64,000 nt of DNA from Eledone cirrhosa (lineage: Eukaryota), in contig OZ024746.1 of NCBI GenBank assembly GCA_964016885.1, positions 53,816,001 through 53,880,000 on the forward strand. The letters are read 5' to 3'. How positions within the stretch are numbered: the stretch's first letter is position 1; the number at the start of each line of letters is the position of its first letter. The translations under genes and the position numbers were made by a program. The notes below the pieces were generated by a model, which searched no databases, was not told the origin of the DNA, and was given only the letters and a program-made list of their open reading frames with translations. Shown piece after piece: positions 37,323 to 51,900 of this stretch.

Positions 37323-40130
37323 CTAAAGGAATAAGGGTGGGGAGTTCAGGCCGGGGGGAGTGTGGGTCTGTAAGATGAAGATAGTTCGTTGTTCGACCGT
37401 AAGGCGATGGGCGGGTGTTCCGTGGCACTGGAGTAAGCCACAGACTGTGAGATGGCGTGCGGAGTGTCCAGGACCACCAAAATGGCGGGCGATGGGGGAA
37501 CTGCCCCCGAGACGAATATCCCGGAGGTGCCCCGTGACTCGGTCCGCCAGGCGACGTCCCGTCTGTCCGACATAAGTCGCGCTGCACTCCGTGGAGCGAA
37601 GTCCGTAGACTAGGTTGGAGGAGGTGCAGCGGAAGGCATGCCGGACCGAGAGAGAGTGGCCGTTGGGACCCTGGAAGGTGGTGGTGTTGGTGATGTGGGG
37701 ACAGGTGTTGCAGCGGGGCCTAGAACAGGAAAAGGAACCGGGGGGGGGGGACAGAGCGTGGGTTGGGGGGTAGGGAGCTGTGGACGAGGAGGGTGCGGAG
37801 ATTGCGTGCGCGTTTGAAGGAGGGGAGTGGTGGGGTTGGGAAGATGTGGGAGGTGGAGGGGTCGGACTGGAGGCGTCGGAAGAGGCGGCGGATGGTGCGG
37901 TGGAGGGGTAAGGTGGAGGGGTGGTAGGTGATGGGGAAGGGGAGACGGTGGGTGGGTGTGCGGTGGCGTGGGGTGAGGGTGGTGGAGCGGGGGACAGCAC
38001 GGGCGCGGGTGAGAGTGGTGTAGACGAGAGAGGGGGGGTAACCTCTGCGGATGAAATGGCTGACTAGGGAAAGGGCCTGGGACTCGAAGTCAGCATCACG
38101 GCTACAGAGGCGGCGGATCCTGAGAAGTTGGGAGTAGGGAATGGAGTGTTTAGTGTGGGTGGGGTGGGAAGAGGTGAAGTCGAGGTAAGAGTGGGAGTCG
38201 GTAGGTTTGAAGAAGGCGGAGGTGACGAGGGAGTGGTGGGAGGGGTCGAAGGCGACGGAGATGTCTAAGAAGTGGACGTGGGTGGTGGAGATAGAGGTGG
38301 TGAAGTGGAGGGAGGGGTGGAAGGAGCAGAAGAAGGAGAGAAAGGAGTCTAGCTGTTCTCGTGTGAGGGTCGTGGCTCCGATTCAATCATCAATGTAACG
38401 ACCGTACAGTTCGGGCGTGGGGCCGGTGTACTGGGCAAAGATTTGGGCCTCAACATGGCCAACAAAAAGGTTGGCATAGTTCGGGCCCATTCTTGTGCCC
38501 ATGGCTACCCCCGTGACCTGTTGGTAAAACTCACCCGAGAAAGAGAAACAATTTAGGGTGAGGACCAGCTCGGCGAGGCGAAGGAGGGTGGGGTGGAGGG
38601 ATTGGGGGAGGGGCGAAGGTCGAGGTAGTGTTTGAGGGCGCGAAGGCCGTCGGCGTGGGGGATGACTGTATAGAGGGACTTGATGTCTAGGGTGAAGAGG
38701 AAGGGCTGTGGGCCGGGTAGGTAGGTGAAGGAGTCGAAAAGGCGCAGGGCGTGGTTGGTGTCGGAGATGTGGGAGGGGAGGGTGGTGACAAGGGGGGCGA
38801 GGAGGGAGTCGAGAAAGGCGGAGATGAGTTCGGTGGGGCAGTTGCAAGCGGAGACGATGGGGCGGCCGGGGTTGTCCGGTTTATAGAGTTTGGGGAGGAA
38901 GTAGATGGTGGGGGTGCGGGGGGTGCGGACGATGAGGTGGGAAGCGGTGGGGGGAGGAGGGAGGAGGCGATAAGGTCTTTGATGGTGGAAGAGACTTGTT
39001 GTTGGTAGAGGGGGGTGGGATCGGAGGGTAGAGGGCGGTAAAAGAGGGGGTTACAGAGCTGCCTGAGGGCTTCGGCCGTGTAGAGGTCCGCGCGCCATAC
39101 CACTACGGCTCCTCCCTTGTCCGCCGGTTTGATGACGATGTCATCTCGGCTACGGAGGGAGCGGAGAGCGAGGAGTTCGCCCCGTGAGATGTTGTGCCGT
39201 TTGGAACGGTGGCGGAAGTCGAAACGATTTACTGCGCTACGGCTGGCATCGACGAAGGCGTCCAGGGTGCTAAATTGCCCTGGGGCCGGCGTCCAAGAAG
39301 ATGGTCGTCGGCCCAGGGCGAGAAACGGGTCTGGGGCGTCCGGAGCCGGTGGCGTTCGGCCGAAATGTGCCTGTAGCTTAGTGCGTCGCACGAATCGCTC
39401 GACTTCCGTTCGTGTGCGGAACTCGTCGCTGTGCGGAGTGTGGGGTATGAAGCGAAGGCCTCTACTAAGGAGTGAGCGCTCAGGTGCGGAGAGGGGGAGG
39501 TCAGGGGGTATGGTGACAACAAGGGGTGGGGTTTGGATGTTTGGGGGGGAAGGGAGGGTGTGGTGAGTGGTGAGGTGGGGGGTCGAGATTGGGTAGGGGT
39601 GTGGGTCGAGGGAGAGGTGGAAAGTGGTGGGCGCATGGGGATGGGCGGGTGGTGGTGGATGTGGGGGGGAAGGAGTGAGTGTAGCTTGCGGGCTTTGGTG
39701 GAGCTGAGGAACGAGAAGAGGTTGTAGTTGAGGTTATGGATGAAGGAGAGGATGGCTTGGGCGAGGAGGGGGTGGCAGGTGGAGTAAAGGCGGAGGAGGG
39801 TGGGGGTCAGTTGGTGGTCAAGTAGGCGGAGGGTGGAACGGGAGGCGCGGATGGAGTTGCGCATCAGGAGGCGTGAGGATCGGGTGAGGATACGTTGCGT
39901 GGAGGGGGAAGCGGCGGGGGAGGGGTAGAAGTGTAGACGGAAGCCGAGGGGGATAAGGTGGAGGCGGAGGCAGAGGCTGAGGAAATGGATGTGGCTGGAG
40001 TGCCGGGTTTTGGCGAAGAGAAGGTAGGAGAGTTGAAGGGCAGAGGGGAGATAGCAGGGTGGGAGGAGGGGGTGAGGAAAAGTTTGAGGCGATTGTGTAG
40101 TTGGTGGAGAAAGGATCTCAGGTTGGGCAT
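37323..40130 (-). pseudogene. PLE reverse transcriptase + C-terminal GIY-YIG endonuclease, frameshifted
   Basis: IVIKPADKGGAVVVW, GVAMGTRMGPNYANLF, YGRYIDD, CSRPRCNTC linker, NLVY...YVGQTGRRL..R...H. Confidence 0.9.
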
Positions 40131-40680
40131 GATGGGCGTTGGGTGAAAGCAGGGGGAGGGATGAGAGGGCAGGGGTGTGAAGCGGGGTGGAGTGAATGAA
40201 GGGGTGAGTGCGAAGGATAGGCAGAGACGGGGAAGGGAAAATGAAACAGAAAAACGTAGGGAGGGGGGAGTAAACAGGAAAATTAAAGACAAAAAATCAT
40301 AAAGGTAAAAACACAGGCGATCGTGAACAAAAAATCATAAAGGTAAAAACATAGGCAACCGTGAACAAAAAATCATAGAAATACAATTGTAAGAACACAG
40401 GCAAAGAATCTTATACGGAAAAAAACAAGTACGGTAACAAAATCAAACAGAGGTAATGCGTGGAAGGAAAGACCAAGTGTGGGAAGGTGTGTAAAGTTCG
40501 GAGAAAGGTCACGGCGGATTAGATCGGGGTTGAGCCGGTAGTTAAGTTATGTTCCAAGGAATGGAAGCGGTGTGAGCGTGTGTTATATATAATGGAAAAA
40601 TTTGAGCAGGGTCAAAACAGAGAAGCAGTACAATAAATGTTTATTAATTTCACGCTCAGGAGAGTGGGGTGTAGGTGGGG

Positions 40681-40715
40681 GACGACGTTTCGGGCATAAG
40701 CCCTTCCTCAGGTGA
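40681..40715 (-). ncRNA. Minimal hammerhead motif in PLE pseudo-LTR (second copy 35772-35806 has CCGAGGA)
   Basis: Reverse complement reads CTGAGGA-a-gggc ttat gccc-GAAA-cg-TC; stem I is weak. Confidence 0.6.
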
Positions 40716-42484
40716 GAAGTGTGTGGGAACAGAGTTCAAAAGGTGTGTAGGGGAGTGGTGAAGAGACATATAGCGAAAGGAAACGGTGCGATGAAAAAAT
40801 AACAAATAAAGATAAAAATAAAAATAAAGCATGATCAAAATACAAGGAATGAGATAAATTTAAAAATAAAGGCATGATCAAAATAAACTGAAATTAAAAG
40901 GGGGGTAAACAGGTGGTGGAAGGGTGTGGGGTGAGTAGGGGTGGTGGCGGGTGGAGTGGGGAGAGGGAGACGTGTGTCCGAGCGGGGAGGGCTGAAGGTG
41001 GTGTGTGTGTGTAGGTGTGCGTGTGTGTGTGTGTGTGTATGTGAAAGTAAGGGTTGGGGGAAGAACGGGGTTGCATGTTCAGGAAGAGGTGTGTGTGGGG
41101 GGTGTTTTTGTGGGTCGGAGTGTCTGTGCGTGTGTGGATAGGGGGTGGGGGGAGAGGAATCAGGAGGCTGAGGGTGTAAATATGTGGTGGAAAGCACGTG
41201 TGTGTGGGGTTTAAGCGTGTTGTGGGTGTGGGTGGCGTGTGGAGAAAAAATGTTTTGGAGGGTGTGTGTGCGTGAGTTATATAGGTGATTACGTAAGAGG
41301 ATGGTTGAAAAGTTGGTAAATTCCAAGGATGTTTAGTGGATTGGTTGTAAGTCAATTTCTGCGTGTGGGTAATCCATGAAGCGGTGGTCGTAAGAGAGAT
41401 GCGGGGTGCGCGCGCAACAGGAAGTGGTCAGCAGTGGGAGTGCTGTGGTCTGTTAGTGCTGGGAGGTGGTCAGAGGGCATAGCAGCAGTCGGTGGAATGG
41501 TAAGGGGGCGAGTATGGGTAGGTGTGAAAGTTGGAGTTAGGAGGGTGTGTGTGTGTGTATTAGTAGGGGTGTGTGGGATGAGTGAGTGTGGAGCGAGGAT
41601 GTGGGTGGAGCGGGGAGAGAAGGGTGTGTGTGGTTCTATGGAGGGAGTGGAGTGTACTGGTGTGTGTGTAGTTTGATGAAGAGGTGCTAGTGGGTGTTAG
41701 TATACGGGAGGTGGGGAGGGGTTGAATGCAGGTGTGAGTGGGGGTTAGTGGTGGTAGGGTGTGTAGAGTTGGTGGTGTACGAGGGTGTGTGGGTACGTGT
41801 GCGTGGGGTTGGGGGGTGTTAGTGATGTTAGTTGCGTGTGGGGTGGGTGGTGTAAGTGGGTGCGTGTGTTCGTGTGCTTGTGGTTAGGGGGTGTTAGTGA
41901 GGTTAGTTGCGGGGTGGTGGGATGGAGGTGTGGGGGTGAGACGTGAGGGTTAGTGGTGGTAGTAGGGTGTGTGTTTAGTGTGAGCGCGTGTATATATGTG
42001 CCGGTGGGTGTGTGCGTGTGATAAGGAGGGGGGAGGAGGAGAAGAGGGTAGGCAAGGGATGTTAGTATGTTAGTTGGGGAAGGGTGGTCAGATGAGGGGT
42101 GGAGTGGAGGTGTTAGTATTGTTAGTGTGGGGTGGGCGGTGAAAAGGAGGGGTGTGTTAGTGGTGTTAGTGGGGGATAAGTGTGGGGGGAGAGGGGCGGT
42201 CGAACGCTAAAGGAATAAGGGTGGGGAGTTCAGGCCGTGGGGGAGTGTGGGTCTGTAAGATGAAGATAGTTCGTTGTTCGACCATATGTACATTATATAT
42301 ATATTCGTATATTGTAATAGTTTGGTAAATATATCAAAGGTGTAGAGCACAGTCCATGACATGAGTTTTAATATATTATTATTAAATTGAATTCCACAGG
42401 GAAGACATAACACGAAGAAACTCAAGGACACACGCTTCTGCATGTTATGTGTTTTTAGTTGTAGTATTGAATTTAATATTAATA

Positions 42485-42523
<39 letters not shown>

Positions 42524-42636
42524 CACACACACACTCACACACATATATATATATATAGTTGATAAATGAACAAACAAAACACAGGAGGCAATTTTACAAT
42601 TATATTAGGTTCACGCTTGTTCTGGAAGGAGAGGAG

Positions 42637-42737
<101 letters not shown>

Positions 42738-42813
42738 CACCCCACTCTCAAGAGCGTGAAACTAATAAACCTTTGTTCGTACTGCCTCTCTGTTTTGTTC
42801 CCGTTCAATTGTT

Positions 42814-42850
<37 letters not shown>

Positions 42851-42855
<5 letters not shown>

Positions 42856-43005
42856 CACAATCTTGAGGTTGTGAGTTCGATTCCTGGACCAGGCGATGCG
42901 TTGTGTCATTCTACCTGGAGTTGCGACCGATAGATAGTATTAGCAACTGGAAAGACCAACGGAAACATTGTTTCCTCGGTCCGATTTAACGAAAGTCGAT
43001 CGATC
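42851..43005 (+). mobile_element. tRNA-derived SINE family B (fuller copy at 50126-50340 -)
   Basis: B box gagttcgattcc; shared tail ctacctggagttgcgaccgatag...gaaagtcgatcg. Confidence 0.7.
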
Positions 43006-44384
43006 CTTTTTTATATATATATATATATATATATGACCAAAGATTAATATGGTTCATTGATTACTCAATGAATACAGTTTTACAATAGATTAAAAGCCCC
43101 CCCCCCCCCCACACACACACATATATATATATACACATACACACATACATACACACACATACACACACATACACACACATACACACAGAGGAAAGCACAC
43201 ATACATAAATGTATACACGACGCGCTTCCGACTACCAAATTTCATGTATGATATATATGTGTGTATGCGTGAGTATGTGCAGGTGTAGGAAATGCACATA
43301 TACATGTATGTATGTATGTATGTATGTATGTATGTATGTATGTATGTATGTATGTATGTATGTATGTATGTATGTATGTATGCATGTATGCTCGGGAGAG
43401 ATGACCCCTTAGCCTTTGTCAAGGCAGAATTCTAGGAGAAGGAAAACTCTGATATAACACCTGCAACCCTGGAGGTATCCAATGATGTTGACTTGTTCTT
43501 CTTTTTGGTAAATATTATCTTGTTTAAGAGAGTGGGACTGGCTTTGTGCAGTGCCTTTGCTCACTATAAAAGCTTCACGGCACAAGCATCGCTTTATATC
43601 TGGAGATCTCTCTGCACTTGTCATCACATGGTACCATGGGCCCTGCACTATGTGTCAATAATTGTCACAGGTGTAGTGTTTGTACCAGAGTTTTCAAGTC
43701 GCTGGCTGGACTAAAAAGTCACACTCGTTCAGCGCATCGGTAGGGTTTCTCCTACATGGATATAATGTAGTGACCGTACTCGAAAACGAGTTGGCAGCCA
43801 CCATGCATGTATGTATGTATGTATGTATGTATGTATGTATGTATGTATGTATGTATGTATGTATGTATGTATGTATGTATGTATGCATGTATGTCCGTAT
43901 GTATATATGTATGTATGTATTTATGTATATATGTACGTATGCACGTATGTATGCATGTGTGTATACATTGTTTAAATACTAACATCTGTTCTGTGGTACC
44001 AAATACAAAGTAATATCTTTATGATAACAGGCTAATGCGACTAATCTGCTTTTCATAAAACAATTTACCCTCCACCGTATCATGCCTGTGTAAAGGACTC
44101 AGATACAGTTGCATGAGGAGGTGGACATATTCTCTGAATATTTTCTGCCCGCCATCCAGCTCTCAGTGAGGTTTCTTACTACCTGAATGATTCAATGAAC
44201 AAATATTACCCTGTTTTGAATGACGAATTGGCCGGGGGTGACTGGCCAGCCAATGGCCCAAAAATATAGAGTCGTCAAGTATGAAATTTGTAGAAATTTC
44301 AAGAACAAAAACAAATTTCTACACATTTCATACTTGACGACTCAATATTGAAAGATTCCTAATTTTCCTTTCTTGCAACAAAAA

Positions 44385-44750
44385 TAATTGTTTCTACTTT
44401 TGGCACAAGTCATCAATTATACCAGTACATTACTGGTACTTTATTTTATCGACCCCGTAAGGATGAAAGGCAAAGTGAACCTCAGCGGGATTTGAACCCA
44501 GACCGTAAAGGGCCGTAACTCTATGTTGCAAAGCATTGCGTCTGAACTTCTACCGATACTGCCAATCCAGCACCACTATTACTACTATTCGGACGCCATG
44601 CTTTGACGCACAGAGTTACGACCCTTGCCATTCTGAGTTCAAATCCCGCCGAGGTTAACTTTACCTTTCATCGTTACGGGGTCGATAAAATAATGTACCA
44701 GTAATGTACTGGGGTAATTGCTGGCCTTGTGCCAAAAGTAGAAACAACTA
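44385..44750. mobile_element. Head-to-head pair of SINE family A copies (44385-44574 -, 44589-44750 +)
   Basis: Two copies in opposite orientation about 14 nt apart. Confidence 0.85.
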
Positions 44751-44890
44751 TTACTATTATAAATAATAAGTTAGGGACCCCCTGAAAACTTAATCTCTCT
44801 TGTTTGCTTTTAACAAACGCCATGATATTCTGGTCGTACTAGGGTACAATGTATGCCCCCTTGTTGTGGACTAATGCTTGAAAGCGTGTG

Positions 44891-45090
44891 NNNNNNNNNN
44901 NNNNNNNNNNNNNNNNNNNNNNNNNNNNNNNNNNNNNNNNNNNNNNNNNNNNNNNNNNNNNNNNNNNNNNNNNNNNNNNNNNNNNNNNNNNNNNNNNNNN
45001 NNNNNNNNNNNNNNNNNNNNNNNNNNNNNNNNNNNNNNNNNNNNNNNNNNNNNNNNNNNNNNNNNNNNNNNNNNNNNNNNNNNNNNNNNN
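44891..45090. other. Assembly gap
   Basis: 200 N. Confidence 1.
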
Positions 45091-45289
45091 GCATTTCGGC
45101 GGGTAGAAATTAGCGAAACACAACTTCTGTATTGTGCAGACAAGCGCTCCATGGATATGAAGACACCAGAGCTATAAACATAAGTTAAAATGCTCATACA
45201 CACTGAGACGATGGTTAAGAAGCCATTAACCACCGTAGCCAAAAAAGCGAACAAGCTAAACGGGTCAAACAAAATAGAATATGATTGAA

Positions 45290-45826
45290 ACGTCTGTATA
45301 CATATATGTAAGTACGTATACATACTTATATTTAAGTAACAGCCGTACTAAGAGTGAGAAATGAAATTTCGTTTCATTTTTTCCGCTTATCGTTTTCGGT
45401 ACCCCCGACCGATTAACTCACTGGATATGCAAATTAGGCTGTTCAACCGTTAATATGCATAAGGAAAGTATATACTTTCAGACGTTCAACCATCTGGCAG
45501 GAAGGTATACGTTGCTGACGATAGCTAATAAGCTTGAAACTAGTACAGCGTTCCTTTGTCAGTGTTGAACAAATGAGCAACGATGGTTACTAGACGGCTT
45601 AATTCGGGATGTTTGTTTACAAACACACCGAGCATTATAATAAATGTTCGGTGAATCCATACGTACATATATATATGTGTGCATGTATGTATATATGTAT
45701 ATATATATATATATATGCATACTACTGTACGTCTGTATACATATATGTATGTACGTATACATGCTTATATTTAAGTAACAGCCGTACTAAGAGTGAGAAA
45801 TGAAATCTCGTTTCATTTTTTCCGTT
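45290..45826 (+). mobile_element. ORF-less hammerhead monomer, 439-bp period, 96-bp terminal direct repeats
   Basis: 45290-45385 closely matches 45729-45824; hammerhead in the middle; ends in (TA)n. Confidence 0.75.
45509..45551 (+). ncRNA. Minimal type I hammerhead ribozyme
   Basis: acgttg-CTGACGA(45515-45521)-t agct aata agct t-GAAA(45536-45539)-ctag-TA-cagcgt. Predicted cleavage after 45545. Confidence 0.85.
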
Positions 45827-45846
45827 TATATATATATATATATATA

Positions 45847-46283
45847 TTGTTATACTTTGGGAGGGCCATGTTGCCAATAAGAAACACACGCACCAGTTGT
45901 TTCACTCCAATTTATTATAAATTAAATTTATAAATTTAAGAAATTTATAAATTTCCGGTTGGTTGGTTGGTTCCACAACCAGACGGTTGTTCCTATATTG
46001 TCAAAGTTCTTTTGTCACACATTCTGTGACCTCTTCAGTGACTGGGGATTCTTTTCTTTGCTTTGTGCCTCTCCTTTGTTCTGTCCTCCGACATCTTGTC
46101 TCTCTGTGTGTGCACTGTGATATAAATATTATGAGATATTATTTTACTATTAAAATCTTAGGCACTCGGGTTGGCATTATTTATGAATTTGGAGATTTAT
46201 AGAGTATTTGATAGTTGTTACATGTAAAGTGGGTGAATTTTCTGTATGCAGGGGCCAGTGTGTTTGCATTTATGTCTGATGTG

Positions 46284-46317
<34 letters not shown>

Positions 46318-46565
46318 ATAAACAAGATGGCGTAGGACAGAACAAAGGAGAGGCACAAAACAAATAAAAGAATCACCAGTCACTGAAGAGGTCACAGAAT
46401 GTGTGACGAAAGAACATTGACAATATATGAACAATCGTCCGTTTGTGGAACCAACCAACCGGAAATTTATAAATTTCTTAAATTTATAAATTTAATTTAT
46501 AATAAATTGGAGTGAAACAACTGGTGCGTGTGTTTCTTATTGGCAACATGACCCTCCCAAAGTAT

Positions 46566-46570
<5 letters not shown>
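45847..46570. mobile_element. Inverted-duplicated element in (TA)n with degenerate hammerheads (46379-46421 +, mirror in left arm)
   Basis: ~250-bp arms (45847-46100, 46322-46570); gtca-CTGAAGA-ggtcac...gtgac-GAAA-gaacat-tgac. Relatives at 46688-46740 and 55430-55745. Confidence 0.65.
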
Positions 46571-46615
<45 letters not shown>

Positions 46616-46767
46616 CACAAGCACACACATTCTCTCTCTCTCTCAAACACACACACTCATATATAGGAACGTGGGATTTAGAAAGTTTTGACCCTCCTAA
46701 AGTATAACAATATTGGTTTCAACACACGTTTTCAGATAAAGAATCTTGCTAAAGAAATTCAGAAACG

Positions 46768-46859
<92 letters not shown>

Positions 46860-47704
46860 TAACTTTGCCCTTCATCCTTACGGGGTCGATAAAATAAAGT
46901 ACCAGTAATACACTGGGATAATTGTTGGCCTTGTGCCAAAAGTAGAAACAATTATAATATATATATAATAAATGAAGAATTAAAAATTCTTAATTCTTAA
47001 AACAACACAGCTCGCCATTTTTCATTATTATATATACATATAAACAATTATATATATATATATATATATATATTCCATTTCTCTAGTGGGTAAGTCATTA
47101 AAATCATCTAGATTTAGTTGATCATATTGACCCAGTACATATTATTTGCAAATCTGGTTCATTATTAACCGATCTCTTGTTTGTCGAACAGTTAGTTTAC
47201 ACAAGGTCGTAGTAGCAATAGTGTTAACAATGGTGGTGTAGGCGATGTTGGTTAGCAGTTGTTGGGATAGGAACAGAGAGTTGTGGGAAGGGAAGGGAAA
47301 TTGTGAAGGAAGAGGTAACAACAGTGAAAATAACACTGTCGCCAAGGTGTAAACCTGGGTTGTTGTCTATAGGAAAACGTCTTGACATTACAGGGAAAGG
47401 GGAAATCTACCTGCGTAAGGACTCACCTAGTGTGAATGGTAGTGGTAACATACATAGTTACCTGCCTACCTACCTACCTACCAACATACCTACATACCTA
47501 CCTACCTACATACATACATTCATACATACATGCATAGAGACAGACAGAGACATACTCTCGCAACATATATATGCACACGTATGTGTATGTATGTACAAAT
47601 ATGGGTGTATTTAAATTCGCGTATTTTTTACCTGTGGAACCTATTTCTCACAACTGACATTTCAAATTGGGGACAGCAAAGTTTAACATGTGTTTACATG
47701 TATA

Positions 47705-47839
<135 letters not shown>

Positions 47840-49176
47840 ACCGAAGCACTCACACACACATATATAAACCTATGTATATTGTGTAGATGATTCAACGAAT
47901 TAACGATGCACAGGCAAAGTATATATAATAATAAGAAAAACAAAGCGGTGAAGTTTGTTTACATATATGTTTTTATTGAGTCTCTGCCTGTTACGTGCGT
48001 TTCGCAGATGATTGGCTCAAGGTCACATGCGGAAGCTATGGTCCGGACTCCATCATCGATCTGTTGATCAGACTGGTGATTCAACAAAAACACTTTATCC
48101 CCACAAACATAACGTACCTCATACGTTATTCTTGGTCTTAATAATATCAGTATGTATATATTATTATATACATGCTGATGTATATAATAATTTTCTATTA
48201 ATGTATCTATTATTTGAGTGGCTGAGATCGTGTAAGTAACTTGTAAGTGAAAAGAAAAGATCCTTCTTTGGTCATGCATTGCAATGGGTTTTGCATCGAT
48301 GACTGATTATGATTTTGCTTATCTGAGACAAAAGAGATCACAGGGTTTTTTTTTATTGAAAATTAGCAGTCACCCATAGAAATCTCTTTCTATGACACCA
48401 ACGATGTCCAAGGAAAATGCAAAGTCTGACACAGCTTGGTGTACTGGAGCAACGTGAAATAAAGAGTCTTGCTCAAGGACATAATGCGTTACACCGTCCA
48501 AGATTCGTGCTCTTGTCCTTACGATTGTGAACCTAGCAAACTATGTCACGTACTTGGAAATGGTTTTTCGTAAAAGAATAAAATGGCTTGTGGCATTTAA
48601 ATTAACTTACTCATCTGAGACGCCTCAAGTTGTTACAATTTCTGATGAGGACGTCTCGTCGTTTTAGTCCTTCGAACAAGCTTCTCGTAAACAAGAATGT
48701 GTTAGACCTCCGACGGTTGAGGCAAAGTGTCTTGCAGTGGTTCGAACAACGGAACACTCTGCTCGGGAGATTAAAATACAAAGAGCAGAGAATTCTACAC
48801 ACATATTTTCCCTCACCTTAGCCCTCAGGGAGAATCAGCGACACACAGTGCGTGACAAGGTTGGTCAATTTTGCCATGTGAGTTGAGTAGAGCAACGTTA
48901 AATAAAGTGTTTCGCTTAAGAACACATATCACCACCGCGAATCGAACTCATGGCATTACTAATATAGGTGGAACACTTTAATCACTAAGCCAGGCGTCTT
49001 CACACCACGTCATTCTTCTGTAATGCCACACGTATCGAGACTTTATTAAGTGAATACCTCATCGCTTCGGCCATAAACCTTGATGCCGTCACCCGAAACT
49101 CAGCGGAACGAATAAAGCCAAGCACTGACTATCCGATTCCTTTATGTGTGGGTTACAATTTAAACATCCTATATTT

Positions 49177-49710
49177 CTGGTCCCTGGACTGCTGGTCTCT
49201 GGACTGCTGGTCCCTGGACTGCTGGTCTCTGGACTGCTGGTCCCTGGACTGCTGGTCCCTGGACTGCTGGTCTCTGGACTGCTGGTCCCTGGACTGCTGG
49301 TCTCTGGACTGCTGGTCCCTGGACTGCTGGTCTCTGGACTGCTGGTCCCTGGACTGCTGGTCCCTGGACTGCTGGTCTCTGGACTGCTGGTCCCTGGACT
49401 GCTGGTCTCTGGACTGCTCGTCCCTGGACTGCTGGTCTCTGGACTGCTGGTCCCTGGACTGCTGGTCTCTGGACTGCTGGTCCCTGGACTGCTGGTCTCT
49501 GGACTGCTGGTCCCTGGACTGCTGGTCTCTGGACTGCTGGTCCCTGGACTGCTGGTCTCTGGACTGCTGGTCCCTGGACTGCTGGTCTCTGGACTGCTGG
49601 TCCCTGGACTGCTGGTCTCTGGACTGCTGGTCCCTGGACTGCTGGTCTCTGGACTGCTGGTCTCTGGACTGCTGGTCTCTGGACTGCTGGTCCCTGGACT
49701 GCTGGTCTCT
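49177..49710. repeat. 15-bp minisatellite (ctggtcYctggactg) x ~35
   Basis: Highly homogeneous; C/T variants mostly alternate, giving a 30-bp higher-order period. Confidence 0.97.
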
Positions 49711-50016
49711 GTCGCCAAATCGAGCGGAAGGCATCACACACGAGGTAGGAGCCCGGGAGGTGGAATAGTTGATGCCGTATATATCGCTGTCTGTTCTCTG
49801 CTCAAATGTTTTCGCTATCTTGTCCGTGGGGTGCAGCTTTAATCGTCGAACGATGTGTGTGTATGTGTGTGTGTGTACACATATACACACATTATCTATG
49901 CCGTGATATAGATTATAGTTATTATATAGTGATCGAAAACTATGATAGTCCTTTGCATTGGGAAACACACGCTTCAACTTTCAAATGTATCGCCATGCTT
50001 CCCGAATCAACCGCTT

Positions 50017-50123
<107 letters not shown>

Positions 50124-50125
50124 TG

Positions 50126-50339
50126 AGACGATCGACTTTCGTCAAATCGGACCGAGGGAACAATGTTTCCGTTGGTCTTTCCAATTGCTAATAATATCTA
50201 TCGGTCGCAACTCCAGGTAGAAGGCGCAACGTGAAATAAAGTGTCTTGCTCAAGGACATAACTCATCACCTCGTCCAGGAATCGAACTCACAACCTTACG
50301 ATTGCGAATCCAATTCAGCTAACCACTCAGCCAAACGCC

Positions 50340-50340
<1 letters not shown>
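50126..50340 (-). mobile_element. tRNA-derived SINE family B
   Basis: A box tggctgagtgg, B box gagttcgattcc, then tgtccttgagcaagacactttatttcacgttgc. Older relatives near 10045, 48440 and 48890. Confidence 0.75.

Positions 50341-51900
<1,560 letters not shown>

Larger units (their letters stand above)
35683..42281 (-). mobile_element. Penelope-like element (Neptune-like) with ~1.7-kb direct pseudo-LTRs (35683-~37397 and 40592-42281)
   Basis: The upstream repeat includes the last codons of the ORF plus the whole 3' UTR (partial tandem structure); ends in (TA)n. Confidence 0.9.

Noticed and set aside
43405-43800. Possible RTE 5' UTR relic (also ~52300-52490)
   Set aside because: Only a short ctaggagaaggaaaactctga-like resemblance; too weak to call.
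44810-45323. ORFs spanning X residues
   Set aside because: Artefacts of the N gap.
48636-48700. CTGATGA-ggac...gtcc as a hammerhead
   Set aside because: No correctly placed GAAA after stem II and no convincing stems I and III.
49089-49977. Mucin-like or other repeat proteins, or a CRISPR array
   Set aside because: Stop-free minisatellite with no unique spacers and no cas genes; eukaryotic context.
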